64,000 bases of DNA from an uncultured Veillonellaceae bacterium (GTDB lineage: Bacteria; Bacillota; Negativicutes; UBA1444): NCBI GenBank assembly GCA_964521625.1, contig CAZFSM010000012.1, positions 1,310 to 65,309 on the forward strand, read 5' to 3'. The position numbers and the translations under genes were made by a program. The notes under the pieces were generated by a model that worked only from the letters and a program-made list of their open reading frames with translations, did not search any database and had not been told where the DNA came from. Shown here piece by piece: positions 32,196-42,795 of this stretch. Within the stretch, counting starts at the first letter, position 1. Every line of letters begins with the position of its first letter.

Positions 32196-32314
32196 TTTCG
32201 ATGGGATTATTTGTAGAGAATCCTACAATTCATTATCCTCTGCTATTAAGTATCGGTCAAGTTTGTTGGACGGACTTTGGTTTATGACAGCCGACATATT
32301 CGTTTTTGCGCAAT

Positions 32315-32348
32315 AAAAAACCGGGTGGAATATTCCACCCGGTTTTTT
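32315..32348 (-). terminator. intrinsic terminator downstream of groEL (bidirectional)
   Basis: AAAAAACCGGGTGG-aatatt-CCACCCGGTTTTTT: a perfect hairpin flanked by A and T tracts. Confidence 0.75.
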
Positions 32349-32364
32349 GTCCGGTTGCCCGAAC

Positions 32365-34023
<1,659 letters not shown>

Positions 34024-34037
34024 TCAATTGGTTTGTT

Positions 34038-34331
34038 TTATTCAACGATAGCGAGAATGTCGCGCTCGTTAAGGATCATCAGTTCTTCCCCATCCAGCTT
34101 GACTTCGGTGCCGGCGTATTTCGAGAAGATAACTTTTTGACCAGCTTGGACTTCCAGAGCCACTTTGGTTCCGTTGTCCAGCATTTTACCGGATCCTACA
34201 GCGATGACTCTGCCCTCTTGCGGCTTCTCTTTGGCTGTATCCGGCAATACGATGCCGCTCTTGGTTTTTTCTTCCCGTTCGAGTGCTTTAATTAGGACGC
34301 GATCTCCCAACGGTTTGATTTTGTCAGACAT
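34038..34331 (-). CDS. groS: co-chaperonin GroES
   Basis: 97 aa ([11 protein letters not shown]...). Confidence 0.95.
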   Translation of the reverse strand: MSDKIKPLGDRVLIKALEREEKTKSGIVLPDTAKEKPQEGRVIAVGSGKMLDNGTKVALEVQAGQKVIFSKYAGTEVKLDGEELMILNERDILAIVE

Positions 34332-34368
34332 TGCGTTTTCCTCCCTTAGTGTGATGTTTTTTTATTTG

Positions 34369-34395
34369 TTAGCACTCACATCATTCGAGTGCTAA
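34369..34395 (-). promoter_or_regulatory. CIRCE operator (HrcA binding site) upstream of groES
   Basis: TTAGCACTC-N9-GAGTGCTAA is a perfect match to the CIRCE inverted repeat, located between the promoter and the groES Shine-Dalgarno sequence. Confidence 0.85.
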
Positions 34396-34405
34396 CTCCT
34401 TTCCT

Positions 34406-34434
34406 ATCATACTCAATCTACATAAAAAAATCAA
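34406..34434 (-). promoter_or_regulatory. SigA-type promoter of groESL
   Basis: On the minus strand TTGATT-N17-TATGAT, immediately upstream of CIRCE. Confidence 0.5.
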
Positions 34435-34467
34435 GAGCCCCTGAACAAACTTTTTCAGGAGCTCTTG
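34422..34467 (-). terminator. intrinsic terminator after the acyltransferase gene
   Basis: CAAGAGC...GCTCTTG hairpin followed on the minus strand by ATTTTTTTAT. Confidence 0.5.
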
Positions 34468-34477
34468 CCTAAATGTA

Positions 34478-34975
34478 TCATTCATTCTCCGGCGCCGGAC
34501 GAATTTCGCGCACCGGTACGCCACCCCAAAATGAGTGAGCCGGAATATCACGGTTGACCAAGCTCATCGCCGAGACAACAGCGCCTTCGCCAATAATCAC
34601 ACCCGGTAGAATTGTGCAATTCGCGCCGATTGTGACATCTTTTTCAATTACAACTTTTCCGATCCGCCATTCGCGCACCAAAAATTCATGGGCGAGAACC
34701 GTAGTATTGAAGCCAATCACAACGTTATCGCCAATTTCAATCTGTTCGGGAAAAAGCATATCCAGCATCACCCCTGGCGCCACCGACGCATTATGACCTA
34801 CTGTAACGCCAATCATCCGGTACAAACAATTTTTCAAGCGAAACGAAGGGCTAAAACGCGCGGTATAAAGAACACAAAAATAAAAAAACACTTTAATTGG
34901 ATGGACAATTTCCGGCCAGAAACGCAGAGAGTTCTTTCCGACCACGAAATGGCGCTGGGTTCGGCGCTCCGCCAT
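34478..34975 (-). CDS. hexapeptide-repeat acetyltransferase (left-handed beta-helix, maltose/galactoside O-acetyltransferase-like)
   Basis: Repeating [LIV]G..N..[LIV] hexapeptides (IEIGDNVVIGFNTTVLAHE...VTIGANCTILPGVIIGEGAVV). Confidence 0.7.
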   Translation of the reverse strand: MAERRTQRHFVVGKNSLRFWPEIVHPIKVFFYFCVLYTARFSPSFRLKNCLYRMIGVTVGHNASVAPGVMLDMLFPEQIEIGDNVVIGFNTTVLAHEFLVREWRIGKVVIEKDVTIGANCTILPGVIIGEGAVVSAMSLVNRDIPAHSFWGGVPVREIRPAPENE

Positions 34976-34994
34976 TTAGTCGCTCCTTATCCGC

Positions 34995-35579
34995 CTAGCG
35001 TGTTTTCTTTTTTGATGCGTCGATAATGGCTTCCGCCACCTCGCGGATTGATTTGCGTTTAGCCATGCTATATTGCTGGATGCGGCGGAATGCTTCCTGT
35101 TCGCTCAGGTTGTACGCATCCATCAGCAGGCCTTTGGCCCGGTCAAGAATTTTACGGGTTTCCAATGAATTACGCAAGTCGAGCAGCTCCTGCTCAATTT
35201 CCATGTATTCTTTAAATCGTGACAGAGCAATCTCCATCGCCGGGAACAAGTTGCTTTCCTTCACCGGTTTGACCAGATAAGCCAAAACACCAGAATCCTT
35301 GGCTTTCTCCACAATTTCTTTCTGACTATATGCGGTAAGCAGCAGCACCGGCGCCAACTTTTCATTGGAAATCATTTTGGCTGCCGCTATCCCGTCCATC
35401 TCCGGCATCTTGATATCCATGATCACCAGATCCGGTTTCAATTTCCGCGTCAATTCGACAGCTTTGAGTCCGTCCGCCGCTTCGCCGATGACTTCATGGC
35501 CGGCTTCTTCCAACAGTTCTTTCAAATCCATCCGAATAATCGATTCATTGTCGGCAATCAGTATTCGCAAGCTGTCCAT
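34995..35579 (-). CDS. response regulator with a REC domain and an ANTAR RNA-binding output domain (PdtaR/AmiR/EutV-like)
   Basis: Receiver domain with the phospho-acceptor Asp in DLVIMDIKMPEMDG, and a C-terminal ANTAR helix (RKILDRAKGLLMDAYNLSEQEAFRRIQQYSMAKRKSIREVAEAII). Confidence 0.85.
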   Translation of the reverse strand: MDSLRILIADNESIIRMDLKELLEEAGHEVIGEAADGLKAVELTRKLKPDLVIMDIKMPEMDGIAAAKMISNEKLAPVLLLTAYSQKEIVEKAKDSGVLAYLVKPVKESNLFPAMEIALSRFKEYMEIEQELLDLRNSLETRKILDRAKGLLMDAYNLSEQEAFRRIQQYSMAKRKSIREVAEAIIDASKKKTR

Positions 35580-35593
35580 TGTCTTTCTCCCTC

Positions 35594-37021
35594 CTAAGTG
35601 CGGGGTATAGTAATCATCGCATGAGTTCCGCCGCTGCTAAACAGTTCAAAGGTTCCGCCCAGATCGGTCTCCACCAGGGTCCGCACAATCTGGATCCCCA
35701 AACTCTTGGTTTTGGCCCGGTCAAACCCAACCGGCAAACCAATGCCGTTGTCATATATCTCCAGACGATACGCCGTCTCGGATTCAACTGACAATCGCAA
35801 TCCTATAATACCACTGCTGCGGCCAATAAAGCCATGCTCAATCGCATTTTGCACCAGTTCATTCACCACCAGCGCTAGGCTGCTGGCCCGTTCCGACGGC
35901 AAAATCACCGGTTCCGACTCAAAAATCTTTTCAATGGCAAAACCTGGTTCGATCATGCTCTGAATCACCAGATCGAAAATGTTGCGAGCAACTTCCGCCA
36001 CATCAATCACTTCTTCATCCTGCTGCGATAAAAACTCATGCACCAACGAAATGCTCAGAATCCGGTTGACGCTTTCCCGCAAGGCCGCCTTAACTTCCGG
36101 CGACTCACTGCGGCGGGCCTGCAGGCGAAGTAAGCTGGCGATGGTCTGAAGATTATTCTTGACCCGGTGATGAATCTCTTGAATTACAGCCGATTTAACC
36201 AGCAATTCTTTTTCTTTTTTGCGCAGCTGTGTGACATCAGCCACAAACAGCAGCATCCGCAAAGTTTTTCCTGCCTGCACGACAGGTACGGCTTTTTCCG
36301 ACAGGACCAGACCAGCGACTTCCACTTCCATTTCCTGTGGCTGGCCGGTAATCGCCGCTTTTTGCGCCAAGCGGAACGACAGGGCTCGTTCATGCACCCG
36401 GCGCCCAAGCAGGCGTCCCACGCCAAGTACCCGATAAATCCCTGCCGCTGCCGCGTTGGCATAAATGATTTGGCCCCGTTCATTGACGACCAGAATGCCG
36501 TCCTGCGAAAACAACGGGCGATACACTGATTTTTTCTGTGGATCAAAGTCAGAGATCAGTAGCATATAAACCGTTTCCAGTAAAATCTGATGATCGGCGC
36601 CGGTATCTTCTCCGCTTAGTTCAAAGCTCAGCACGGCCATTATTTTACCTTTTGGCGTCTTCACCGGGAATGTTTCCATAAACAACGGTTCCATCCCCAG
36701 AGCCCATTCCCTTTGCCCGGTAATTCTGTCGCCGGTTTCCAGCGTCTTCCACACCAACGGTTCTTCCGCAGCAGCAAAAGTCGCGCCATCCAGACCGGAA
36801 CGTTGCAAGGAAAGACTGTTTCGCGAATGAGCCTGACCAATCAGGGCAACTTTCTTCGACCGACCCACCCGAACATATAAGCTGACCTGGGCATGAGAAA
36901 TATCACCGGCCAATTCGAGCCGATCATGTATTTTTTCCAGCAAATCAACTTCTGTGGCCGAGAATTTGGCTAACAATTGCAGATGTACATCCAGCATGGT
37001 CATAGTATCGGCAGTTCGCAC
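35594..37021 (-). CDS. cytoplasmic sensor histidine kinase, GAF-PAS-HisKA_2-HATPase (PdtaS-like)
   Basis: 475 aa with no TM helices. H-box HHRVKNNLQTIASLLRLQ (HisKA_2 / HWE type) and ATPase G-boxes (YDNGIGLP, GIQIV). It lies immediately upstream of the ANTAR regulator. Confidence 0.8.
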   Translation of the reverse strand: MRTADTMTMLDVHLQLLAKFSATEVDLLEKIHDRLELAGDISHAQVSLYVRVGRSKKVALIGQAHSRNSLSLQRSGLDGATFAAAEEPLVWKTLETGDRITGQREWALGMEPLFMETFPVKTPKGKIMAVLSFELSGEDTGADHQILLETVYMLLISDFDPQKKSVYRPLFSQDGILVVNERGQIIYANAAAAGIYRVLGVGRLLGRRVHERALSFRLAQKAAITGQPQEMEVEVAGLVLSEKAVPVVQAGKTLRMLLFVADVTQLRKKEKELLVKSAVIQEIHHRVKNNLQTIASLLRLQARRSESPEVKAALRESVNRILSISLVHEFLSQQDEEVIDVAEVARNIFDLVIQSMIEPGFAIEKIFESEPVILPSERASSLALVVNELVQNAIEHGFIGRSSGIIGLRLSVESETAYRLEIYDNGIGLPVGFDRAKTKSLGIQIVRTLVETDLGGTFELFSSGGTHAMITIPRT

Positions 37022-37047
37022 TCCTCAAATAAATTTCTTTCCACGGT

Positions 37048-37151
37048 TTATCCCTGAGTTATCCACAGTATCAACAAGTTTATCCACAGGGGAAGTCGCC
37101 TGTTTTGTTGGCTTTAAAACGTCCCTGCATAGAGTATCCACATTATCCTAT
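37048..37151 (+). promoter_or_regulatory. cluster of five DnaA boxes
   Basis: Two perfect TTATCCACA 9-mers at 37059-37067 and 37080-37088, 21 bp apart, flanked by TTATCCCTG (37048), GTATCCACA (37134) and TTATCCTAT (37143), all in one orientation. They lie in the intergenic region upstream of the PdtaS-like kinase and downstream of tsaD. Confidence 0.6.
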
Positions 37152-38170
37152 TAAGGTTTTCCACCGAGCGGCAGACTGGGAATTGCATTCAAGCTCAGGT
37201 CGGCAATGTCTCCGGCTTGCAATTGGTAATACGCCCGGCAGCCTATCATGGCGGCGTTGTCCGTACATAAAATCGTGTCTGGGCAATACAGGCGAACCCC
37301 CGCTAACTGGCAGCGCCGGTCAAGCTCTGTACGCAGGGATCCATTGGCCGCGACGCCGCCAGATAACACCAGCGATGAAACTTCACAATGGCGTACCGCC
37401 TGTAACGCCTTTTCCGCCAGGATATCCACAACAGCAGCTTGAAAAGACGCCGCCACATCTGCCGCAACCACAGTTTCATTTCGCTGCGAAGCCGTGTGCA
37501 TCGTATTGATCACCGCCGACTTCAGACCACTGAAACTGAATTCAAAGGTTCCATCACCGGAAAAAGAACGGGGAAACCGAATAGCCGCCGGATTTCCCGT
37601 TTTCGCCAAGGCTTCCACCTGTGGACCACCCGGATACGGCAATCCCAGCACCCGCGCGACTTTGTCGAAGGCTTCACCGGCCGCATCATCTCTGGTTTGG
37701 CCCAATAGCTGAAACGACGAATAGTCCCGCACATGAACCAGCGATGTATGACCGCCGGAAACAATCAACGCGACAAACGGCGGGACAAGTTCCGGATGAG
37801 TGAGTAGCGGCGCGAACATGTGGCCTTCCAGATGATGCACGCCAATTAAGGGAATTGCGGCTGAAAACGCCAGTGCCTTGGCAGCTGCGACACCGACCAG
37901 CAGTGCGCCGACCAGTCCCGGTCCGAAGGTTACGCCGATTGCGTCAAGATCGGCTAATCCGACCCCTGCCAGCGACAACGCCTGATCAATCACCGGAATG
38001 ACATCTTCAACATGACGCCTGGAAGCCAATTCCGGCACAACTCCGCCGTATTTCTGATGAACCGGAATCTGCGAAGCAATCACATTGGACAATATTTTAC
38101 GGCCATCTGCAATCACAGCGGCCGAGGTTTCATCACAACTGGTCTCAAGTCCGAGCAGCAAAACGCTCAT
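37151..38170 (-). CDS. tsaD: tRNA N6-adenosine threonylcarbamoyltransferase
   Basis: 339 aa Kae1/TsaD family (LGLETSCDETSAAV..., His-His metal site). Confidence 0.95.
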   Translation of the reverse strand: MSVLLLGLETSCDETSAAVIADGRKILSNVIASQIPVHQKYGGVVPELASRRHVEDVIPVIDQALSLAGVGLADLDAIGVTFGPGLVGALLVGVAAAKALAFSAAIPLIGVHHLEGHMFAPLLTHPELVPPFVALIVSGGHTSLVHVRDYSSFQLLGQTRDDAAGEAFDKVARVLGLPYPGGPQVEALAKTGNPAAIRFPRSFSGDGTFEFSFSGLKSAVINTMHTASQRNETVVAADVAASFQAAVVDILAEKALQAVRHCEVSSLVLSGGVAANGSLRTELDRRCQLAGVRLYCPDTILCTDNAAMIGCRAYYQLQAGDIADLSLNAIPSLPLGGKP

Positions 38171-38619
38171 AACTGTTCACGCCACAAAATCAGCGCGTCC
38201 TCCTTGGTTTCAGAATAGTAATTCTTGCGGATGCCGGCCGAAACAAACCCCAGCTGATGGTACAGCGCCCGAGCCGCCTCGTTGGAAACGCGGACTTCCA
38301 GCGTCATCGATTCCATGCCTTCGTCGCGGGCCATGTCCATCAAGGCTTCCATGAGAAGCCTACCGATTCCTTCCTGTCGCCGATTGCCGCGAACTGCTAC
38401 ATTGGTCACGTGCGCCTCATTGATCACCAACCAGGTCCCGGCATAGCCAACAACAGCATCTCCGTCCAGCGCAACCAAATAGCGAGCCAATCGGTTCTGG
38501 GCCAATTCGTCCTCAAAAGCCGAACGTGACCAGGGGGTGGGAAATGAATCTTGTTCGACAATCATCACCGCATCCAGATCCTCTACCGTCATCGTTCGCA
38601 CGATGAACCGGCTGCTCAT
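38167..38619 (-). CDS. rimI: ribosomal-protein-alanine N-acetyltransferase
   Basis: GNAT fold. The start MSSRFIVRTM at 38619 overlaps the tsaB stop as ATGA; the track ORF begins 9 codons upstream. Confidence 0.85.
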   Translation of the reverse strand: MSSRFIVRTMTVEDLDAVMIVEQDSFPTPWSRSAFEDELAQNRLARYLVALDGDAVVGYAGTWLVINEAHVTNVAVRGNRRQEGIGRLLMEALMDMARDEGMESMTLEVRVSNEAARALYHQLGFVSAGIRKNYYSETKEDALILWREQL

Positions 38620-39341
38620 GCCTGCTCCCGGCAGCGGCGTTCCCACAGCTCTTCCGCTTCGGCCCGTCTGACATACAAGGGATTCAATTCCACCGGCGGC
38701 ATCGCCAATCCCTGTTGCCAGCGGGCAAAACCCAACATGCCGACCGCGGCTGCCCGAGGAGTCAGCGATTGCTCAGGCGCCGCAATGATCCGGCTGTTCG
38801 CAGCAGCTATAAGTTCTGCATATTCACGTACCGATTCACCGACCACCATTACCGGTCCCGCCAGGTCCGTCAATTCGGCAAACGCCTGTTCTGCCGCAAC
38901 AATCCGCACCGGCCAAACTTCTTGCAGCGCTCCGTCCTGCCAGCGGTAGGTCGCCTGGTACACGCGCCCTTTCTGTGCGTCCAGCATAGCCGAAACCCAG
39001 CCGTCAGCGCACGGACAACCATAAGCCAGTGCCTCCAGCGTGGGCACGCCGACGATCTTTTTTCTCCAGGCATAGGCCAGTGTTTTAGCCGTAGTCAGAC
39101 CGATCCGCAGGCCGGTGAACGAGCCGGGACCAATACTAACAGCCAGTCCCTCAACTTCTGACGGCAGTACGCCGGCAAGCAAAAACAGCCGCTCAATTTG
39201 CGGCATCAAGCGTTCTGAATGCGTGTTGCCTGTTTGTACATTAATTTCTGCCAACACCCTGCCGGCCTTGACCAAGGCAGCGCCACAAACCGGCGTTGCG
39301 GTTTCTATCGCTAAAATCAGCTTGGTTCGCTCCCTTCCCAC
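38616..39341 (-). CDS. tsaB: tRNA threonylcarbamoyladenosine biosynthesis protein TsaB (YeaZ)
   Basis: ILAIETATPVCGAALV... inactive Kae1 paralogue. The track start is a GTG at 39341. An alternative CTG start at 39320 overlaps the tsaE stop as CTGA and is preceded by GGGAAGGGAG. Confidence 0.85.
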   Translation of the reverse strand: MGRERTKLILAIETATPVCGAALVKAGRVLAEINVQTGNTHSERLMPQIERLFLLAGVLPSEVEGLAVSIGPGSFTGLRIGLTTAKTLAYAWRKKIVGVPTLEALAYGCPCADGWVSAMLDAQKGRVYQATYRWQDGALQEVWPVRIVAAEQAFAELTDLAGPVMVVGESVREYAELIAAANSRIIAAPEQSLTPRAAAVGMLGFARWQQGLAMPPVELNPLYVRRAEAEELWERRCREQA

Positions 39342-39787
39342 CGCTTGGAAAAACGGCGACCATGAGGCTCAACCTGGATGGTCCGCTCTGTCAGGCCAGC
39401 GCCAGGTCCGATGACAACTTTCAGGTATTCATCCGGCATCTCCGTCGCAAACAGATCAGGCCATTCCACCAGCGCCAGCCCGCCGCCGCCGACAAACTCG
39501 TCGAAACCGATTTCATACAGTTCCTCCGCACGGGTCAAGCGATACAGGTCAAAATGATATACAGGGATTCGGCCCTGATAAAGATTCAGCAATGCAAAGG
39601 TGGGGCTGGTTACCGGTTCAGTTACGCCGAATCCTTCAGCCATGCCTTTGACAAACTCCGTTTTGCCTGCGCCGAGATTTCCCTGCAACAGGACGACATC
39701 GCCGGCTTGTAACCGCTCACTCAATTTTCGGGCAAACGTCCGCGTAGCCTCTGGCGACGCACTGGAATAGATCTGCAAAACAGGCAC
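39317..39787 (-). CDS. tsaE: tRNA threonylcarbamoyladenosine biosynthesis ATPase TsaE (YjeE)
   Basis: Walker A motif GNLGAGKT. Confidence 0.9.
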   Translation of the reverse strand: MPVLQIYSSASPEATRTFARKLSERLQAGDVVLLQGNLGAGKTEFVKGMAEGFGVTEPVTSPTFALLNLYQGRIPVYHFDLYRLTRAEELYEIGFDEFVGGGGLALVEWPDLFATEMPDEYLKVVIGPGAGLTERTIQVEPHGRRFSKRWEGSEPS

Positions 39788-39885
39788 CCGCCTTCGCCGG
39801 ATTTTCTAAAAAGTAGTATACCACAAAATAAAAATTGATGCGCATCACAAGGAAAAACCAGCTGCCACGGCTAATATTTTAAAGA

Positions 39886-41019
39886 ATGAAAGTGAGGCGA
39901 TTTTTGTTGCGACCTACCAGAGCGATCATCAACCTGTCGGCATTGCGGCGCAATGTCCGCCAAATCAGGAAACACTTACCCGCATCCACCCGGCTCATCG
40001 CAGTGGTGAAAGCCAATGCTTACGGACACGGCGCAATCCCGGTCAGCCGGACCGCGCTGGGCGCCGGCGCCGATTGGCTGGCCGTCGCCATTCCGGAAGA
40101 AGGAATTGAACTGCGCGCCGCCGGGCTTCAGGCGCCTATTCTGGTACTCGGCATGTCCTTGCCGGAACAGGCTGGCTTGTTTGTCGACCACAACCTGATT
40201 GCTGCAGTCTGCTCTTTGGACAGCCTGCGTGCTTTCCAACGCGCCGCGTCGGCAAAAAAATCCCGGGCCCGTGTCATGATCAAATTGGATACCGGCATGG
40301 GACGGGTCGGCATTCAGCCGGGCGAAGCCGTCGCTTTTGTCCAACAGGCGCTTGCACTGTCCGACATCGAAGTCGTCGGCCTATTTACTCATTTTGCTGC
40401 AGCAGATGAAGCTGACAACACCTTTACTTTGAAACAACTCGATTGCCTTGCCCAAGTTATCCAGACCCTACGGGACCAGGGCATTGAATTGCCACTGCTG
40501 TCCGCAGCCAACAGCGCTGCAACCGATGCCTATCCTGAGGCGCATTTGGGCGCAGCCCGGCCCGGCATTATCCTCTATGGCCTGCCACCGGCGCCGGATA
40601 TGCCGTTGCAACTCGACCTGCAGCCGGTGATGTCTTTGGTGAGCCGAATCGTTCATATTAAACAGGTTCCCGCCGATACCCCCGTAAGTTATGGCTGCAC
40701 CCATCGCACGCAGCAACAGACCTGGCTCGCCACTCTGCCGCTTGGTTATGCGGATGGTTATAGTCGGGCTCTTTCCAACAAAGCCGAAGTGTTGGTGCAT
40801 GGAATCCGGCGCAAAGTCGTTGGTCGGGTTTGTATGGACCAAATTATCATCGATCTCGGTCCTGTCTGTGATGCAGTCGTTGGCGACGAGGTCGTGCTGT
40901 TCGGGCGACAGGGACAGGCAGAAATCACGCTCACCGAACTTGCCGTTCTGGCCGGAACCATCAACTATGAGCTGGCCTGTGCCATCAGCGCCCGCGTGCC
41001 AAGAGTGTATGTGGAATAA
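39886..41019 (+). CDS. alr: alanine racemase
   Basis: The PLP lysine sits in VVKANAYGHG, and the C-terminal domain is conserved. In-frame TTG codons at 39904-39909 after AGTGAGG are alternative starts. Confidence 0.9.
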   Translation: MKVRRFLLRPTRAIINLSALRRNVRQIRKHLPASTRLIAVVKANAYGHGAIPVSRTALGAGADWLAVAIPEEGIELRAAGLQAPILVLGMSLPEQAGLFVDHNLIAAVCSLDSLRAFQRAASAKKSRARVMIKLDTGMGRVGIQPGEAVAFVQQALALSDIEVVGLFTHFAAADEADNTFTLKQLDCLAQVIQTLRDQGIELPLLSAANSAATDAYPEAHLGAARPGIILYGLPPAPDMPLQLDLQPVMSLVSRIVHIKQVPADTPVSYGCTHRTQQQTWLATLPLGYADGYSRALSNKAEVLVHGIRRKVVGRVCMDQIIIDLGPVCDAVVGDEVVLFGRQGQAEITLTELAVLAGTINYELACAISARVPRVYVE

Positions 41020-41047
41020 CAAACAATAGACCCGAAAAAGCATAATA

Positions 41048-41093
41048 AAAGCGGGCTGAGGAAAACTTTTAAAGTTCTCACACAGCCCGCTTT
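41048..41093. terminator. bidirectional terminator between alr and the convergent GerMN gene
   Basis: 11 bp inverted repeat AAAGCGGGCTG...CAGCCCGCTTT. On the minus strand it is followed by TTTTATTATGCTTTTT. Confidence 0.6.
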
Positions 41094-41108
41094 GCATTTC
41101 TATGTGTT

Positions 41109-41681
41109 CTATTTGTTTTTGATAATCGCTGGCGAGCGGCTGAGCGGATCATATACATCGATATGGCCAAACAAAGTACTTACTTTTTTCCCTTCGACCA
41201 AAATCTGCACCCGCTCGATGTCGGGAAACTCTGTCAATGTGTTTACAATAGCCGCGACTGCCAGAATTTCGGTCGCCGATCCGCCAAAGCCACGTTTCAC
41301 CAGCTCCTCGGAAAAATCGACCACAGCCATCCGATCTCGGACAACTACGCTTTTCACCTTTGTCGCCTTGGGAACGACCGACACCAGGTCGGCGCTGCGC
41401 GGTCCTGCCGCCAGTTTTTCCATCGCCTGTTGCATCAGCTGGGGGCCAGCCTTGACCTGATGTACTTCCGCCACCAGGTATCGGGCATCATGTGTACCAA
41501 AATACACTTTTACCGGCACTGTTTCAGTTACCGGAACTTTGGGTGGTTCCACCGGTTTTTGTCCCGATGCGGCGCCATTATTGACTGGCGGCGTCTTGCC
41601 GCCGAGATCGGGGGAACAGCCCGTCACCACGAATAAAACCAAAGCGCACAAGAGAATTGTATACATCCGGCGCGTCATCAT
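41109..41681 (-). CDS. GerMN domain lipoprotein (sporulation/germination-associated)
   Basis: Lipobox VTGC with a proline-rich linker and a GerMN-like body (VKVYFGTHDARYLVAEVHQVKAG...). Confidence 0.6.
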   Translation of the reverse strand: MMTRRMYTILLCALVLFVVTGCSPDLGGKTPPVNNGAASGQKPVEPPKVPVTETVPVKVYFGTHDARYLVAEVHQVKAGPQLMQQAMEKLAAGPRSADLVSVVPKATKVKSVVVRDRMAVVDFSEELVKRGFGGSATEILAVAAIVNTLTEFPDIERVQILVEGKKVSTLFGHIDVYDPLSRSPAIIKNK

Positions 41682-42754
41682 TTTCCACCTCGTATTTTCG
41701 CGGCCTGGGCAAAGAATTGGTCAATCCCGGCTACGATTGCTACAGCCATCTTTTGCTGAAAAGCAGGAGAAGTCAACATTTGTTCTTCCTGCGGGTTGGA
41801 AATGAAGCCGATTTCCAAAAGTGCCGCCGGCATCCAGGTGTTTTTGACGACAAAGAAGTTGGCAGTCCGTACGCCAATATTATCCAAGCCGCCGCCGCGA
41901 ACCATTGCAGACTGGATACATTGGGCCAGCAGTGCATCAAAGGACGTCTTGGGATAATAATAGGTCGTGGTTCCTGTCAGTCCAGAATTCACCGATGAAT
42001 TGTGATGAATACTGACAAAGATATCCGCTTTCCGGTTATTGGCCACCATCGTTCTGACACCCAGTTCTTCGCGGTCCGAGGCCGAAGCAGGCGTCAGGTC
42101 AACGTCGCCCGGTCGGGTCAGAACCACCGTAGAACCGGCTTTTTCCAACAGCGCCTTCACTTGCACCGTCAAATCCCAGTTGACTTTCTTTTCGTAAGTT
42201 CTGCGTGGTCCGATCGCGCCGGGGTCGGTTCCGCCATGTCCCGGGTCAAGCACGATCAGTTTTCCCCGCAGGCCGGTCGAAAAATTCACATCTGTTACCG
42301 GCACTGTTTTTTCAATATCAACAACAATTCTGAACGGTCTTTTTGCTTTGGGATCTGCTTTCAACGTAAAGACCTTATACTGGTTTTCCGTCAGTTCAGC
42401 CGGCAATTCCAGCATCACATGCACAGTATCCTGGGTCGATTTTACAACGCTCATCGCCTTGACCACTGTCGTATCCGGCGAAGGAGCAATCGTCAATTTA
42501 TCAGCATTGGCGCCGCGCATAGTTAGAACGATGCGCCAGTTTGGTTTTGCTGTAATAAACTGATCCACCGTCACTGGCGCGCTGGTTTCCAGCACCAACC
42601 TGATCATCTGTGAACCAGTCACTGCATCAGCCGTTCGTCCCCAACGCATGCCGGTTATTGATACAATTGGATCGGCAGGAGCCGCTGAGGCAAGCCCCAC
42701 CGTCAAACTAAACCAGAGAAATAACAGCCAGCTCAGACAATAGCGCAAACGCAA
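41678..42754 (-). CDS. N-acetylmuramoyl-L-alanine amidase (Amidase_3) with an N-terminal AMIN-like domain
   Basis: Signal peptide and Amidase_3 catalytic region (IVLDPGHGGTDPGA...SIHHNS...EIGFISN). Confidence 0.85.
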   Translation of the reverse strand: MRLRYCLSWLLFLWFSLTVGLASAAPADPIVSITGMRWGRTADAVTGSQMIRLVLETSAPVTVDQFITAKPNWRIVLTMRGANADKLTIAPSPDTTVVKAMSVVKSTQDTVHVMLELPAELTENQYKVFTLKADPKAKRPFRIVVDIEKTVPVTDVNFSTGLRGKLIVLDPGHGGTDPGAIGPRRTYEKKVNWDLTVQVKALLEKAGSTVVLTRPGDVDLTPASASDREELGVRTMVANNRKADIFVSIHHNSSVNSGLTGTTTYYYPKTSFDALLAQCIQSAMVRGGGLDNIGVRTANFFVVKNTWMPAALLEIGFISNPQEEQMLTSPAFQQKMAVAIVAGIDQFFAQAAKIRGGK

Positions 42755-42795
42755 ACGGCTTCACCTCCTTTTTTCGGGAGACTTATTGAGATTTA

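Noticed and set aside
40468-41097. 209 aa minus-strand ORF
   Set aside because: Antisense to the alanine racemase gene, which has clear family motifs.
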